Assembly: GCA_044352505.1 (NCBI GenBank) | Contig: JBILDS010000001.1 | Location: 1-38,962, forward strand | DNA length: 38,962 nucleotides | Direction: 5' to 3' | Origin: Phycisphaerales bacterium | GTDB lineage: Bacteria > Planctomycetota > Phycisphaerae > Phycisphaerales > SM1A02 | Part shown: positions 18,668-25,837 of the stretch, one piece after another | Numbering within the stretch: position 1 is the stretch's first letter | How the letters are laid out: every line of letters begins with the position of its first letter | Notes under the pieces: model-generated | Seen by the model: the letters and a program-made list of their open reading frames with translations, nothing else | Database searches by the model: none | Told to the model about the DNA's origin: nothing | Made by a program: the position numbers and the translations under genes

Positions 18668-20689
18668 ATGACGACCCTTCTGGATCGCAGAAGTGCGATG
18701 GTCGAGAAACAACTCAAGGCCCGCGGCATCAAGGATTCCCGGGTTCTTGCTGCCTTCGCATCGGTTCCGCGTGAGCGCTTCGTCTCTGCGCGATACCACG
18801 ATTTGGCCTATGAAGATGCACCGCTTCCGATTGAGGAAGGCCAGACGATCTCGCAGCCATACATCGTTGCACTCATGCTTGAAGCCGCCGGAATCCGGGA
18901 GACGGATCGGGTCCTCGAGGTGGGTGCCGGAAGCGGATACGCCTCAGCGCTGCTCGGAAGGCTTGCACAGAGTGTCTACGCGATCGAATGGCACGAATCG
19001 CTCGCAGCGCTCGCACGGGCACGAATCAAAGCAACAGGGAGCGGCAACGTCGAGTTGCGTTGCGGAGACGGCACCCTTGGTTGGCCTGATGCAGCACCAT
19101 TTGATGTGATCATCGTCTCTGCAGGTGGGCCCGAAGCGCCGAAGAGCCTACTCGATCAACTCCGCATTGGTGGCCGACTTGTGATTCCTGTCGGCAGCGA
19201 ACTGAAGTCGCAGGAACTTCTTCTGATCGAACGAACCGGCGCGCATAACTACGAACGAACCTCACTCGGACGCGTCCAATTCGTTCCGCTTGTGGGATCC
19301 GAGGGCTGGGCCAGCGACGGTGCGCCCCTTTCGGCGCACCGCGCCGAGAGGCCGATTCGCGTGGGTACCGGCGAAGGGGAACGGATTGCGACGCTGATCG
19401 CACAGAACTGCGAACCGTTTGAATCCATTGAGCACGCGAACCTTGATGCACTTGTCTCTCGGATCGGACGGGCGCGCGTGGTTCTCATTGGTGAGTCGAC
19501 CCACGGAACCAGCGAGTTTTACCGTCTCCGCGCCCGGATCACCCAGGCACTCATCGCACGCGCGGGTTTCAATATTGTCGCGCTTGAAGCCGACTGGCCT
19601 GACACCGCTGCCGTGGATCGCGTTGTGCGGAAGCGACCCGCAAGTCCTCTTCGTGAACCCATGTTCTCCCGCTTCCCAACATGGATGTGGCGCAACACCG
19701 ACATGCAGCGCTTTGTCGAGTGGCTCACCCGACACAACGCCTCAACGCCCACAGACACCGCACAAACGAGTTTGCACGGCCTCGATATCTACAGCCTCAA
19801 CAACTCGATCGGTGCGGTGCTCGACTACCTCGATCGTGTGGATCCAACCGCCGCGTTCACCGCGCGCGAAATGTATGCCTGCTTTACACCGTGGGAGCGC
19901 GACCCAGCCACCTACGGTCGCGCCGCAGCCAGCGGTGCGTTGGCCACGTGCGAGCATCAGGCGCTCTCGACGCTCCGGTCGTTGCTCGAGGAACGCCTCC
20001 GATACTCGAAGTTCGATGGAGACTCCTTCTTTGACGCGGCCCGCAATGCCACGGTTGTCCATGAAGCAGAGAAGTACTATCGCGCCATGTATCGCGGCGC
20101 AAGAGAGTCGTGGAACATCCGCGATCGTCACATGTTCGAAACCCTGCTTGCGCTACTCGAACACAGAGGCCCGAACGCGAAGGCCGTTGTTTGGGCGCAC
20201 AATTCGCACGTTGGAAACGCTGCCGCGACGGAACTCGGCATGCACGGCGAAGTGAACATCGGACAGCTCGCACGCGAGCGCTTTGGGGACAGCTGCTACA
20301 GCATCGGATTTGGAACCGATCGCGGAACCGTCGCAGCAGCCACAAACTGGGACGTGCCCATGCAGATCATGGCGGTGCGACCATCGCATCCCGACAGCTA
20401 CGAGCGGCTCTGTCATGATGCCGCGAAGAAAGCCTCTGCATCCAACTTCATGCTACCGCTCCGTGCAGCGCACTCGCTCGGACTGCGCAGTGCGCTGCTC
20501 CAACCACGGCTTGAGCGAGCAATCGGCGTGATCTACCGACCCGACACTGAGCTTGTCAGTCACTACTTTCAGGCCACACTGCCTGCACAGTTCGATGAGT
20601 ACGTGTGGATCGACGAGACGAGCGCGGTCGAGCCGATTGCAACCACAGCGACCGCAGGTGACCCAGAGACGTTCCCGTTCGGACTGTAA
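18668..20689 (+). CDS. Fusion protein: N-terminal protein-L-isoaspartate O-methyltransferase (Pcm) + C-terminal erythromycin-esterase (EreA/ChaN superfamily) domain
   Basis: ATG at 18668 with AAGGAG 6 nt upstream. Pcm motifs: TISQPYIVALMLEAA, VLEVGAGSGYASALL, FDVIIVSAGGPEAP, GGRLVIPVG. From about aa 240, erythromycin-esterase motifs: VVLIGESTHGTSEFY, NIVALEADWPD, FPTWMWRN, LHGLDIYSL, VVWAHNSHVGNA. Confidence 0.85.
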   Translation: MTTLLDRRSAMVEKQLKARGIKDSRVLAAFASVPRERFVSARYHDLAYEDAPLPIEEGQTISQPYIVALMLEAAGIRETDRVLEVGAGSGYASALLGRLAQSVYAIEWHESLAALARARIKATGSGNVELRCGDGTLGWPDAAPFDVIIVSAGGPEAPKSLLDQLRIGGRLVIPVGSELKSQELLLIERTGAHNYERTSLGRVQFVPLVGSEGWASDGAPLSAHRAERPIRVGTGEGERIATLIAQNCEPFESIEHANLDALVSRIGRARVVLIGESTHGTSEFYRLRARITQALIARAGFNIVALEADWPDTAAVDRVVRKRPASPLREPMFSRFPTWMWRNTDMQRFVEWLTRHNASTPTDTAQTSLHGLDIYSLNNSIGAVLDYLDRVDPTAAFTAREMYACFTPWERDPATYGRAAASGALATCEHQALSTLRSLLEERLRYSKFDGDSFFDAARNATVVHEAEKYYRAMYRGARESWNIRDRHMFETLLALLEHRGPNAKAVVWAHNSHVGNAAATELGMHGEVNIGQLARERFGDSCYSIGFGTDRGTVAAATNWDVPMQIMAVRPSHPDSYERLCHDAAKKASASNFMLPLRAAHSLGLRSALLQPRLERAIGVIYRPDTELVSHYFQATLPAQFDEYVWIDETSAVEPIATTATAGDPETFPFGL

Positions 20690-20805
20690 TCATGGGCGAC
20701 GTCCACATCGTGCATGCCACACCATGACCAAATCACGGGCGAATGCGCGGAGGGAGAGCCGCCACACAACATGAGTCCAAGTCCAAGACGCGGGAACGCA
20801 ACGCG

Positions 20806-20860
20806 CAAAAGAGAAAGAGCGCGCGCGGAGCGATTCAAACGCTCCGCGTGCGCTGTTTTC
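20806..20860. terminator. Bidirectional intrinsic terminator between convergent genes
   Basis: Hairpin at 20818-20854 (about 15 bp, one G-U pair, loop attcaaa). It is flanked by ttttc on the plus strand and, on the minus strand, by ctttctctttt. Lies between the stops at 20689 (+) and 20900 (-). Confidence 0.7.
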
Positions 20861-20899
20861 ACATCACAACGATTCCCGCAACAACGCCGCAGTGGCCTC

Positions 20900-21427
20900 T
20901 CAGCGCGCAGCGCCAACCGGCTCAAGTGCCGCCTTGTTCAGTGACTCCGCAATCCGGCTGAGGTTCTCGTCGAAACGCCGCTCTTCCGTCAGCGTCTTGA
21001 GGAGTTCCGCGGCGGCACTGGTGTGACCAAGCAAACTCGCCCACGTGCGTGCGCAGCCGTACCCTGCCATCTCATCGTGCTCTAGGCGTTGCACCACGGC
21101 GATGATCGCTGCATCACGCACGTGCGCATCGATCTTGGTTCGCCCAGCGATCTCGGTGCAGTCTTCGAGCAGCCCCTTTGAGCCATGCGTCTCGAGTTTC
21201 TTTGGCTTGCCACCCAACTCGCCAAAGACGCGATCGAGCCGAGCCACGTGCTGCTTGGTCTCCTCCAGGTGGGCGCGAATTGCTTCTACCAGCTTCGGTG
21301 AAGATGCTGCAGTTGCAAGCTTCGACAGAATCGACTGCGAGTGGGACTCCGCTGCGTGTAGCTCATGCAACTGCTCGAGGAGAAGATCCTTGAGCGAATG
21401 CATGCTAGAGGATGCGATTGGTGCCAT
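20900..21427 (-). CDS. Ferritin-like DUF892 protein (YciE/YciF family stress protein)
   Basis: I take the ATG at 21427 (MAPIASSSMHSLKDLLLEQLHELHAAE). DUF892 hallmarks: LxxLxDLYxAE-type N-terminus, AIRAHLEETKQHVARLDRVF, EHDEMAGYGCARTWA, TLTEE. Confidence 0.8.
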   Translation of the reverse strand: MAPIASSSMHSLKDLLLEQLHELHAAESHSQSILSKLATAASSPKLVEAIRAHLEETKQHVARLDRVFGELGGKPKKLETHGSKGLLEDCTEIAGRTKIDAHVRDAAIIAVVQRLEHDEMAGYGCARTWASLLGHTSAAAELLKTLTEERRFDENLSRIAESLNKAALEPVGAAR

Positions 21428-21591
21428 GATGTTTAGTCCTTTCGAATGGTTCCCTGACAAACACTCCGCCACGCTGACGAACGTGATTGCCGTAGAAGTC
21501 AGGTGTCGACGTTCGTGGTCGTGAAGCAGCCGCTGTCAGAGATGCACACGAAGCGTGCCTTGCGCGGCGCAAACGATGCCGTGCAACCCGA

Positions 21592-22080
21592 TCAGCCTGG
21601 AAGTGGCACGCGCCGCGTCGTGGCCTTCACCTCGACTCGCTTTGCGCGCTGTCCAGGCCTTTTCGCAACGTGGATGGTGACAAGTCCGTTGTCACTCTCC
21701 GCCGAGACTCGTTCAGAGTCGACAGACTCCGGAAGCTCCACGATTCGTCGGAACCCACCGAAGCGACGTTCGCACCGGTAGAAGTCTTCCTGTTCCGTCT
21801 CTTCCTTTTCTTCCTTCTTTCCGGCAATCGAGAGGGTGTTGCCCGTGATGGTGATCTCAAGATCACGCACGGCGATTCCGGGAAGTTCGGTGCGAACCAG
21901 AATTTCATCATCGGTTTCGCTGACATCAATCGGCGGAATCCAACCGTCGATGCGTGCGGCGCCGAGTTCTGTCGACGGCATGTTCGACCCGAAGGTACGG
22001 GAGAGGAGTCGATCCATCTCATCGCGCATGCGGGTGAACTCATCAAGGACTGGGGTTCTTCGGAATAGGCTCATGTTCAT
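21592..22080 (-). CDS. Small heat-shock protein, Hsp20/alpha-crystallin family
   Basis: 162-aa ORF with ATG at 22080 preceded by GGGAGA. Alpha-crystallin core: PPIDVSETDDEILVRTELPGIAVRDLEITITGNTLSIAGKK...ERRFGGFRRIVELP...AESDNGLVTIHV. Confidence 0.9.
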   Translation of the reverse strand: MNMSLFRRTPVLDEFTRMRDEMDRLLSRTFGSNMPSTELGAARIDGWIPPIDVSETDDEILVRTELPGIAVRDLEITITGNTLSIAGKKEEKEETEQEDFYRCERRFGGFRRIVELPESVDSERVSAESDNGLVTIHVAKRPGQRAKRVEVKATTRRVPLPG

Positions 22081-22113
22081 GTTTCTCCCTTTCGTGTCTT
22101 GTGTGTGTGGCTC

Positions 22114-22134
22114 GCGAATCGCAGGTTGATTCGC
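22114..22134. promoter_or_regulatory. 7-N7-7 inverted repeat (GCGAATC-N7-GATTCGC) in the hsp20 leader/promoter region
   Basis: Read directly from the sequence, 34-54 nt upstream of the hsp20 ATG. Function unknown. Confidence 0.3.
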
Positions 22135-22228
22135 AATTGGTTTCGGTCACGTGCGTGCGTCAAGCACGGAACGTTGATGCGGCACACGAATGCCGTCATA
22201 CCGATCGTTTCGTGAGAGATGTTCGGAA

Positions 22229-22906
22229 TCAGGTGTACGGATCGACAACGAGTCGGTCATCCACGCGGCGTACGCCGGTGGCGAAGCCAACCACGCGATC
22301 AATGGTGTCCTTCTCGACCCACGATCGCACGCGACCCGTGAGCATCACAACGCCGTCTTTGACTTGGACGCCGATGCGGCGCGCCTCACGCTCGGCCTGG
22401 CGCTCAAGTGCCTCTTCAATGTCGGCCTTGATGCGACTTGAGTCGACCGCTTTGGCCATGACGGAGATCTGATTGATCACGCCCCGAACGCCCGTGAGTC
22501 CACGAACAACACGCTCTGCGTCGGCGCGCTGTGACCAAGTTGGTACCACGCCTTCCAACGTGACGATACCGAGCGAAACAGTCGATGTGATCTTCTCGTC
22601 GGGAACAAAGGCGTCCCACTCGAGCGCGTCACGCACTCCGCGCGCGATATCAATATCGGTGGGCGCGCCCACGCCGGCGACCTTGACTTGCAGTTCATCC
22701 ACGACATCGAGCACACCATGCACGCGATGCGCGGCTTCACGCGAGGCGATCTTCTTCGCGTAGACGTCAACGCTCCCGACGAGGGTCACGATGCCATCCT
22801 TGATCTGTACGCCGACATCCGTCTCGTCGACGCGGGAATCCCACTTGAGTTCATTCAACACATCGGTCTTGATCTGTGAATCGCTCTTGATGATTGCCGT
22901 TGTCAT
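22229..22906 (-). CDS. Triple BON-domain protein (OsmY-like)
   Basis: 225-aa ORF with ATG at 22906 preceded by AAGGAGG. Three repeats of the BON pattern (DVGVQIKDGIVTLVGSV...A..V.GV..V.N.L, SLGIVTLEGVV..., GVQVKDGVVMLTGRV...). Confidence 0.85.
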   Translation of the reverse strand: MTTAIIKSDSQIKTDVLNELKWDSRVDETDVGVQIKDGIVTLVGSVDVYAKKIASREAAHRVHGVLDVVDELQVKVAGVGAPTDIDIARGVRDALEWDAFVPDEKITSTVSLGIVTLEGVVPTWSQRADAERVVRGLTGVRGVINQISVMAKAVDSSRIKADIEEALERQAEREARRIGVQVKDGVVMLTGRVRSWVEKDTIDRVVGFATGVRRVDDRLVVDPYT

Positions 22907-23022
22907 GCTCTTCCTCCTTCTTTGGCATTTGAACTCTGGAGCCGCGCTCCAGACACTTCATTTGGGCAGATCGACGCACCCGCGACTACGGGGAGTGTTC
23001 CGCATTCATGGAGCAGCACAGA

Positions 23023-23967
23023 TCACGTGATGATGGCTGCGCGCACACGCTTCTCAGGAGCGACTGGTACCGCCCGTGCGGTCAGCACCGCGCACCGTGC
23101 GCGATGGAGCACTCGCTCCGCGGTCGATCCAAGCAAGAGACGCTCGAGAATCGAGACGCCATGTCGCCCAAGCGCAACCATGTCGGCGTGGAGCAGATCC
23201 GCGCGCTCCGCAACCGCGCGAAAGACATCCCCGCGCGCAATCTCTGCAGTCGTTTCTGCGCCGAGACGCCGAAACTCGGCAGCGATCGGCTCAAGTTGCT
23301 CGCGCGCGTCGTCCTCTTCGGCAACAAGCTGATCTCTTGGAATCACGGGCGACTCAACCGCTTCGATCACGTGAGGCGGAAGCACCACATGGAGCAGCGC
23401 CACGCGCGGCTGCTCACGCGAGCGGAGCGCAACCACGCGCGCTGCGGCCACAGCGGCTTCGGCATCGTGGGCAAAGTCCGTCGCCACCAAGATCCGCGGT
23501 CGTGCAGGCGGCTCATCGTTCTCTCGCACCACGAGTACAGGACACTCTGCGTGCCGCAGCACGCGATCTGCGACACTTCCCAGAAGAACACGACGAAGCG
23601 GACCGAGGCCACGGTTCCCCATCACGATGAATGGGTTCGGCGTGCGCTGCGCAACATCCTCAATCACCATGGATGGCTCACCAATACGACACTCGCGCAC
23701 CACCTCGATTCCGGCAGAGACCGCCCGCGCACACGCGCCGTGGAGTCGCTCGAGTCCGCGCGCCTCAAGCATGGCCACCAATTCCGAGCTTTCACCCAGT
23801 GGTGTGGGCTCAACGGCATGAACCGCAATCAGACGACCCGGTCCACGCGCAGCAAGTTCCTCTGCCCAACGCAACGCAGCCAACGCGGGCTTTGAGAAGT
23901 CGATTGGAACGATAAAGTTGACGGTGTGATGCTCACCGACCGCCGTGGGTGGCTCTTGTTCCCGCAT
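23023..23967 (-). CDS. Tandem universal stress protein (two UspA domains)
   Basis: I take the ATG at 23967 preceded by GGAGA. Two Usp modules, each ending in the ATP-binding-type motif (MGNRGLGPLRRVLLGSVADRVLRHAECPVLVV and LGRHGVSILERLLLGSTAERVLHRARCAVLT). Confidence 0.85.
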   Translation of the reverse strand: MREQEPPTAVGEHHTVNFIVPIDFSKPALAALRWAEELAARGPGRLIAVHAVEPTPLGESSELVAMLEARGLERLHGACARAVSAGIEVVRECRIGEPSMVIEDVAQRTPNPFIVMGNRGLGPLRRVLLGSVADRVLRHAECPVLVVRENDEPPARPRILVATDFAHDAEAAVAAARVVALRSREQPRVALLHVVLPPHVIEAVESPVIPRDQLVAEEDDAREQLEPIAAEFRRLGAETTAEIARGDVFRAVAERADLLHADMVALGRHGVSILERLLLGSTAERVLHRARCAVLTARAVPVAPEKRVRAAIIT

Positions 23968-24117
23968 GCAATTCTCCAAACAATGACGCTTGACGCCGGT
24001 GCGCGCGAGGATGCCTGAACACCAGCTGTGTCCTGCGACCATTGATAGTTTCGCACCTGCGAGAGAGGCATGACTACGGGAACTTGCCTCAATCGGGTGT
24101 GCAAGATCGACGCGCCT

Positions 24118-24146
24118 CGGGGATCTATCAGACAGAACCTAGGTTC
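24118..24146. repeat. Second copy of the recurrent motif (cggggatctatCAGACAGAACCT), abutting the palindrome GAACCTAGGTTC
   Basis: 21/23 identity to 4063-4085. Lies in the divergent usp / DUF883 intergenic region. Confidence 0.6.
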
Positions 24147-24317
24147 GCCACGCGCTTCTGTCACGCCAACTGCGAATACTTCCCTCTGGCAACAGCGCAT
24201 GTGACCGCCATTGATTGGTTGCATGCCGGCTGGGCAACCATCGAATGCTGAACGAAGCGCACGGCGCGCTTCGCACCGCGACTGACCACGTGCCCAGCGT
24301 GCAATGGGAGAACCGAC

Positions 24318-24608
24318 ATGGATCGCAACAGTCAAATCGGAATGGAAGATTCACTTGACCTCCAACGAGAGCTCGACCGGCTGCGCGCCGATCTCCGGCA
24401 ATTGCGCAACGACCTCTCCGGTCTCGGAATCGATGGCGTGAGAGCCGCCCGTGCAGGGCTACAAGAGACTGCGCGAACCGCTGCCGCAAAGGGCAAAGCG
24501 GCAGCGGAAGTCGCCGAGAAGCAGATTGCAGCACATCCCTTTCTGACCGTCGCGTCGTGCCTCGCCATCGGTGTGCTGCTTGGCCTTCGGATGAACCGGC
24601 GCGATTAG
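24318..24608 (+). CDS. DUF883 family protein (YqjD/ElaB-like membrane-anchored stress protein)
   Basis: 96-aa ORF with ATG at 24318 preceded by GGGAGA. Coiled-coil N-terminus (LQRELDRLRADLRQLRNDL) and a C-terminal anchor (HPFLTVASCLAIGVLLGL), as in YqjD/ElaB. Confidence 0.75.
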   Translation: MDRNSQIGMEDSLDLQRELDRLRADLRQLRNDLSGLGIDGVRAARAGLQETARTAAAKGKAAAEVAEKQIAAHPFLTVASCLAIGVLLGLRMNRRD

Positions 24609-24623
24609 GTCCTGTCTGACGGA
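24607..24623. repeat. Third copy of the recurrent motif (AGGTCCTGTCTGACGGA)
   Basis: 16/17 identity to the reverse complement of 4069-4085. Overlaps the DUF883 stop codon and the Shine-Dalgarno region of the next gene. Confidence 0.5.
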
Positions 24624-24630
24624 GACTCGA

Positions 24631-24909
24631 ATGGGAATCATGCAGCAACTGCTTGCCGATATCACCGCGGCACTTGATTGGGAGTTCCGCGCCCTTCGTA
24701 TGCGCGCACTTCGGATTGCATGGGGAGCCGCGCTTGCCGTGGTTTCTGCAATGCTCGTTCTCACTTCGGTGCTTCTCTTCTTGGGGGCGGTGTACCTACA
24801 GGTTGAGACCGCCATGGGCGCTGTGGCGGGACTTCTGGCCACCGCAGCCTTCGCCGTGCTCTGCGCACTTGGGGCAGGACTGGCGGCGAAGACCCTAGCG
24901 GAGCGGTAG
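24631..24909 (+). CDS. Small two-TM membrane protein, YqjE/DUF1469-like ('phage holin family' annotation class)
   Basis: 92-aa ORF with ATG at 24631 preceded by GGAGA. Two hydrophobic helices after an amphipathic N-terminus. Sits directly after a YqjD-like gene, mirroring E. coli yqjD-yqjE. Family assignment rests on size, topology and synteny only. Confidence 0.55.
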   Translation: MGIMQQLLADITAALDWEFRALRMRALRIAWGAALAVVSAMLVLTSVLLFLGAVYLQVETAMGAVAGLLATAAFAVLCALGAGLAAKTLAER

Positions 24910-24930
24910 CGAACGAGGGTTGGATGCCGG

Positions 24931-25100
24931 GATTCGGACTTCCGCCCTCGATTCAAACTCTCGATTCAAACTCTCGATTCAAACTCTCGATTCAAGCCCT
25001 CGATTCAGGCTCTCGATTCAAGCCCTGAATTCAAGCCCTGAATTCAAGCCCTGAATTCAAGCCCTGAATTCAAGCCCTGGATTCGGATCCCGGATCCGGG
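24931..25100. repeat. 13-bp-period tandem repeat array, about 12 units in three sub-variants
   Basis: gattcaaactctc x3 (24950-24988); then gattcaagccctc, gattcaggctctc and gattcaagccct (24989-25026); then gaattcaagccct x4 (25027-25078). Degenerate ggattcgga-type units flank both ends. Non-coding period (13 is not a multiple of 3). Confidence 0.95.
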
Positions 25101-25177
25101 CAAAGGACCGCCAATCTCCGTCACAGTCCCTTGGGGGCGACGAGGGGGTCAGGACTGGCATCTCCCACCCCCGGGAC

Positions 25178-25200
25178 GAGGTTCTGTCAGGCGGAACCTC
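25178..25200. repeat. Degenerate palindromic copy of the recurrent motif (GAGGTTCtgtcaggcgGAACCTC)
   Basis: AGGTTCTGTCAG differs at one position from the 12-mer. 7-N9-7 palindrome located 146 nt upstream of the SET gene ATG. Confidence 0.45.
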
Positions 25201-25345
25201 GTGCTCGGATTGTCGAACGCGACACCTGCACATTCGAAGTGCGATCGCGTACGCTGCCGCGCTGCCATGGGCCGACCCATGGCGGCGACGCGGATCTCCG
25301 ACACCGATCCCGAACGTCGCGAGTCGTCCTGCGTCTCCCCCATCC

Positions 25346-25837
25346 ATGCCTGCCACAACTCAATCGTTTCCCTGCGCCGTGCGCCAAACAACCACGGGCG
25401 TTGGCGTCTTCGCAACACACGACATCATCGAAGGCGGAATCGTGCTCGAAATCAACGGCACGATCCAGCAGCATCCAACGCGCTACTCGATTCAGATCAG
25501 TCTCAACGAGCACATTGAGTGCCATGAGGTACTCAGCGTTGACGAGATGCGCGTGCGCTTCCCGTGGCGGTTCTTGAATCACTGCTGCGAACCAAACGCT
25601 GCGATTGTCGGGCGCACACTTGTCGCGCGCCGACTCATCCGTGCAGGCGAGCAGGTCACCTTCGACTACACCACAACCGAAGCTGCCATGGCGGAACCAT
25701 TCCGCTGCGGCTGCGGAGCCGAGCGATGCCTCGGCGAGGTTCGCGGGTTCCTTGCGCTCTCTCCCGCCGAGCAGCGGGCGCGCGCTGAGATTGTTGCGCC
25801 GCACATCAAGTCGTTCCTTCCAAAGACGAACGCGTGA
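25346..25837 (+). CDS. SET-domain protein (putative lysine N-methyltransferase)
   Basis: 163-aa ORF. SET signatures: GVGVFA, RFLNHCCEPN, EQVTFDY. Post-SET-like Cys cluster FRCGCGAERC. Its TGA stop overlaps the GTG start of the downstream synthetase. Confidence 0.85.
   Translation: MPATTQSFPCAVRQTTTGVGVFATHDIIEGGIVLEINGTIQQHPTRYSIQISLNEHIECHEVLSVDEMRVRFPWRFLNHCCEPNAAIVGRTLVARRLIRAGEQVTFDYTTTEAAMAEPFRCGCGAERCLGEVRGFLALSPAEQRARAEIVAPHIKSFLPKTNA

Noticed and set aside
18668-20689. Calling the erythromycin-esterase domain a macrolide-resistance gene
   Set aside because: The superfamily is broad, and most members are not resistance enzymes. Fusion to Pcm and the stress-island context argue against an antibiotic-resistance annotation without experimental data.
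24931-25100. 13-mer array as a CRISPR array or as an oriC-type DNA-unwinding element
   Set aside because: The units are contiguous with no spacers, so this is not CRISPR. The three leading 13-mers recall the E. coli oriC DUE only by length. I saw no DnaA-box clusters or dnaA/dnaN nearby, and the units are not AT-rich enough.
24931-25100. Cluster of EcoRI (GAATTC x4) and BamHI (GGATCC x2) sites as a cloning or linker artefact
   Set aside because: The sites arise from the repeat unit itself (gaattcaagccct) and its degenerate flank. Nothing else resembles vector sequence.
20900-25345. EcfG-type general-stress promoters (GGAAC-N16/17-CGTT) upstream of the stress genes
   Set aside because: GGAAC/GAACC strings occur (for example within the recurrent motif and upstream of the DUF892 gene). 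However, I could not find a consistently spaced -10 element, so I make no promoter call.
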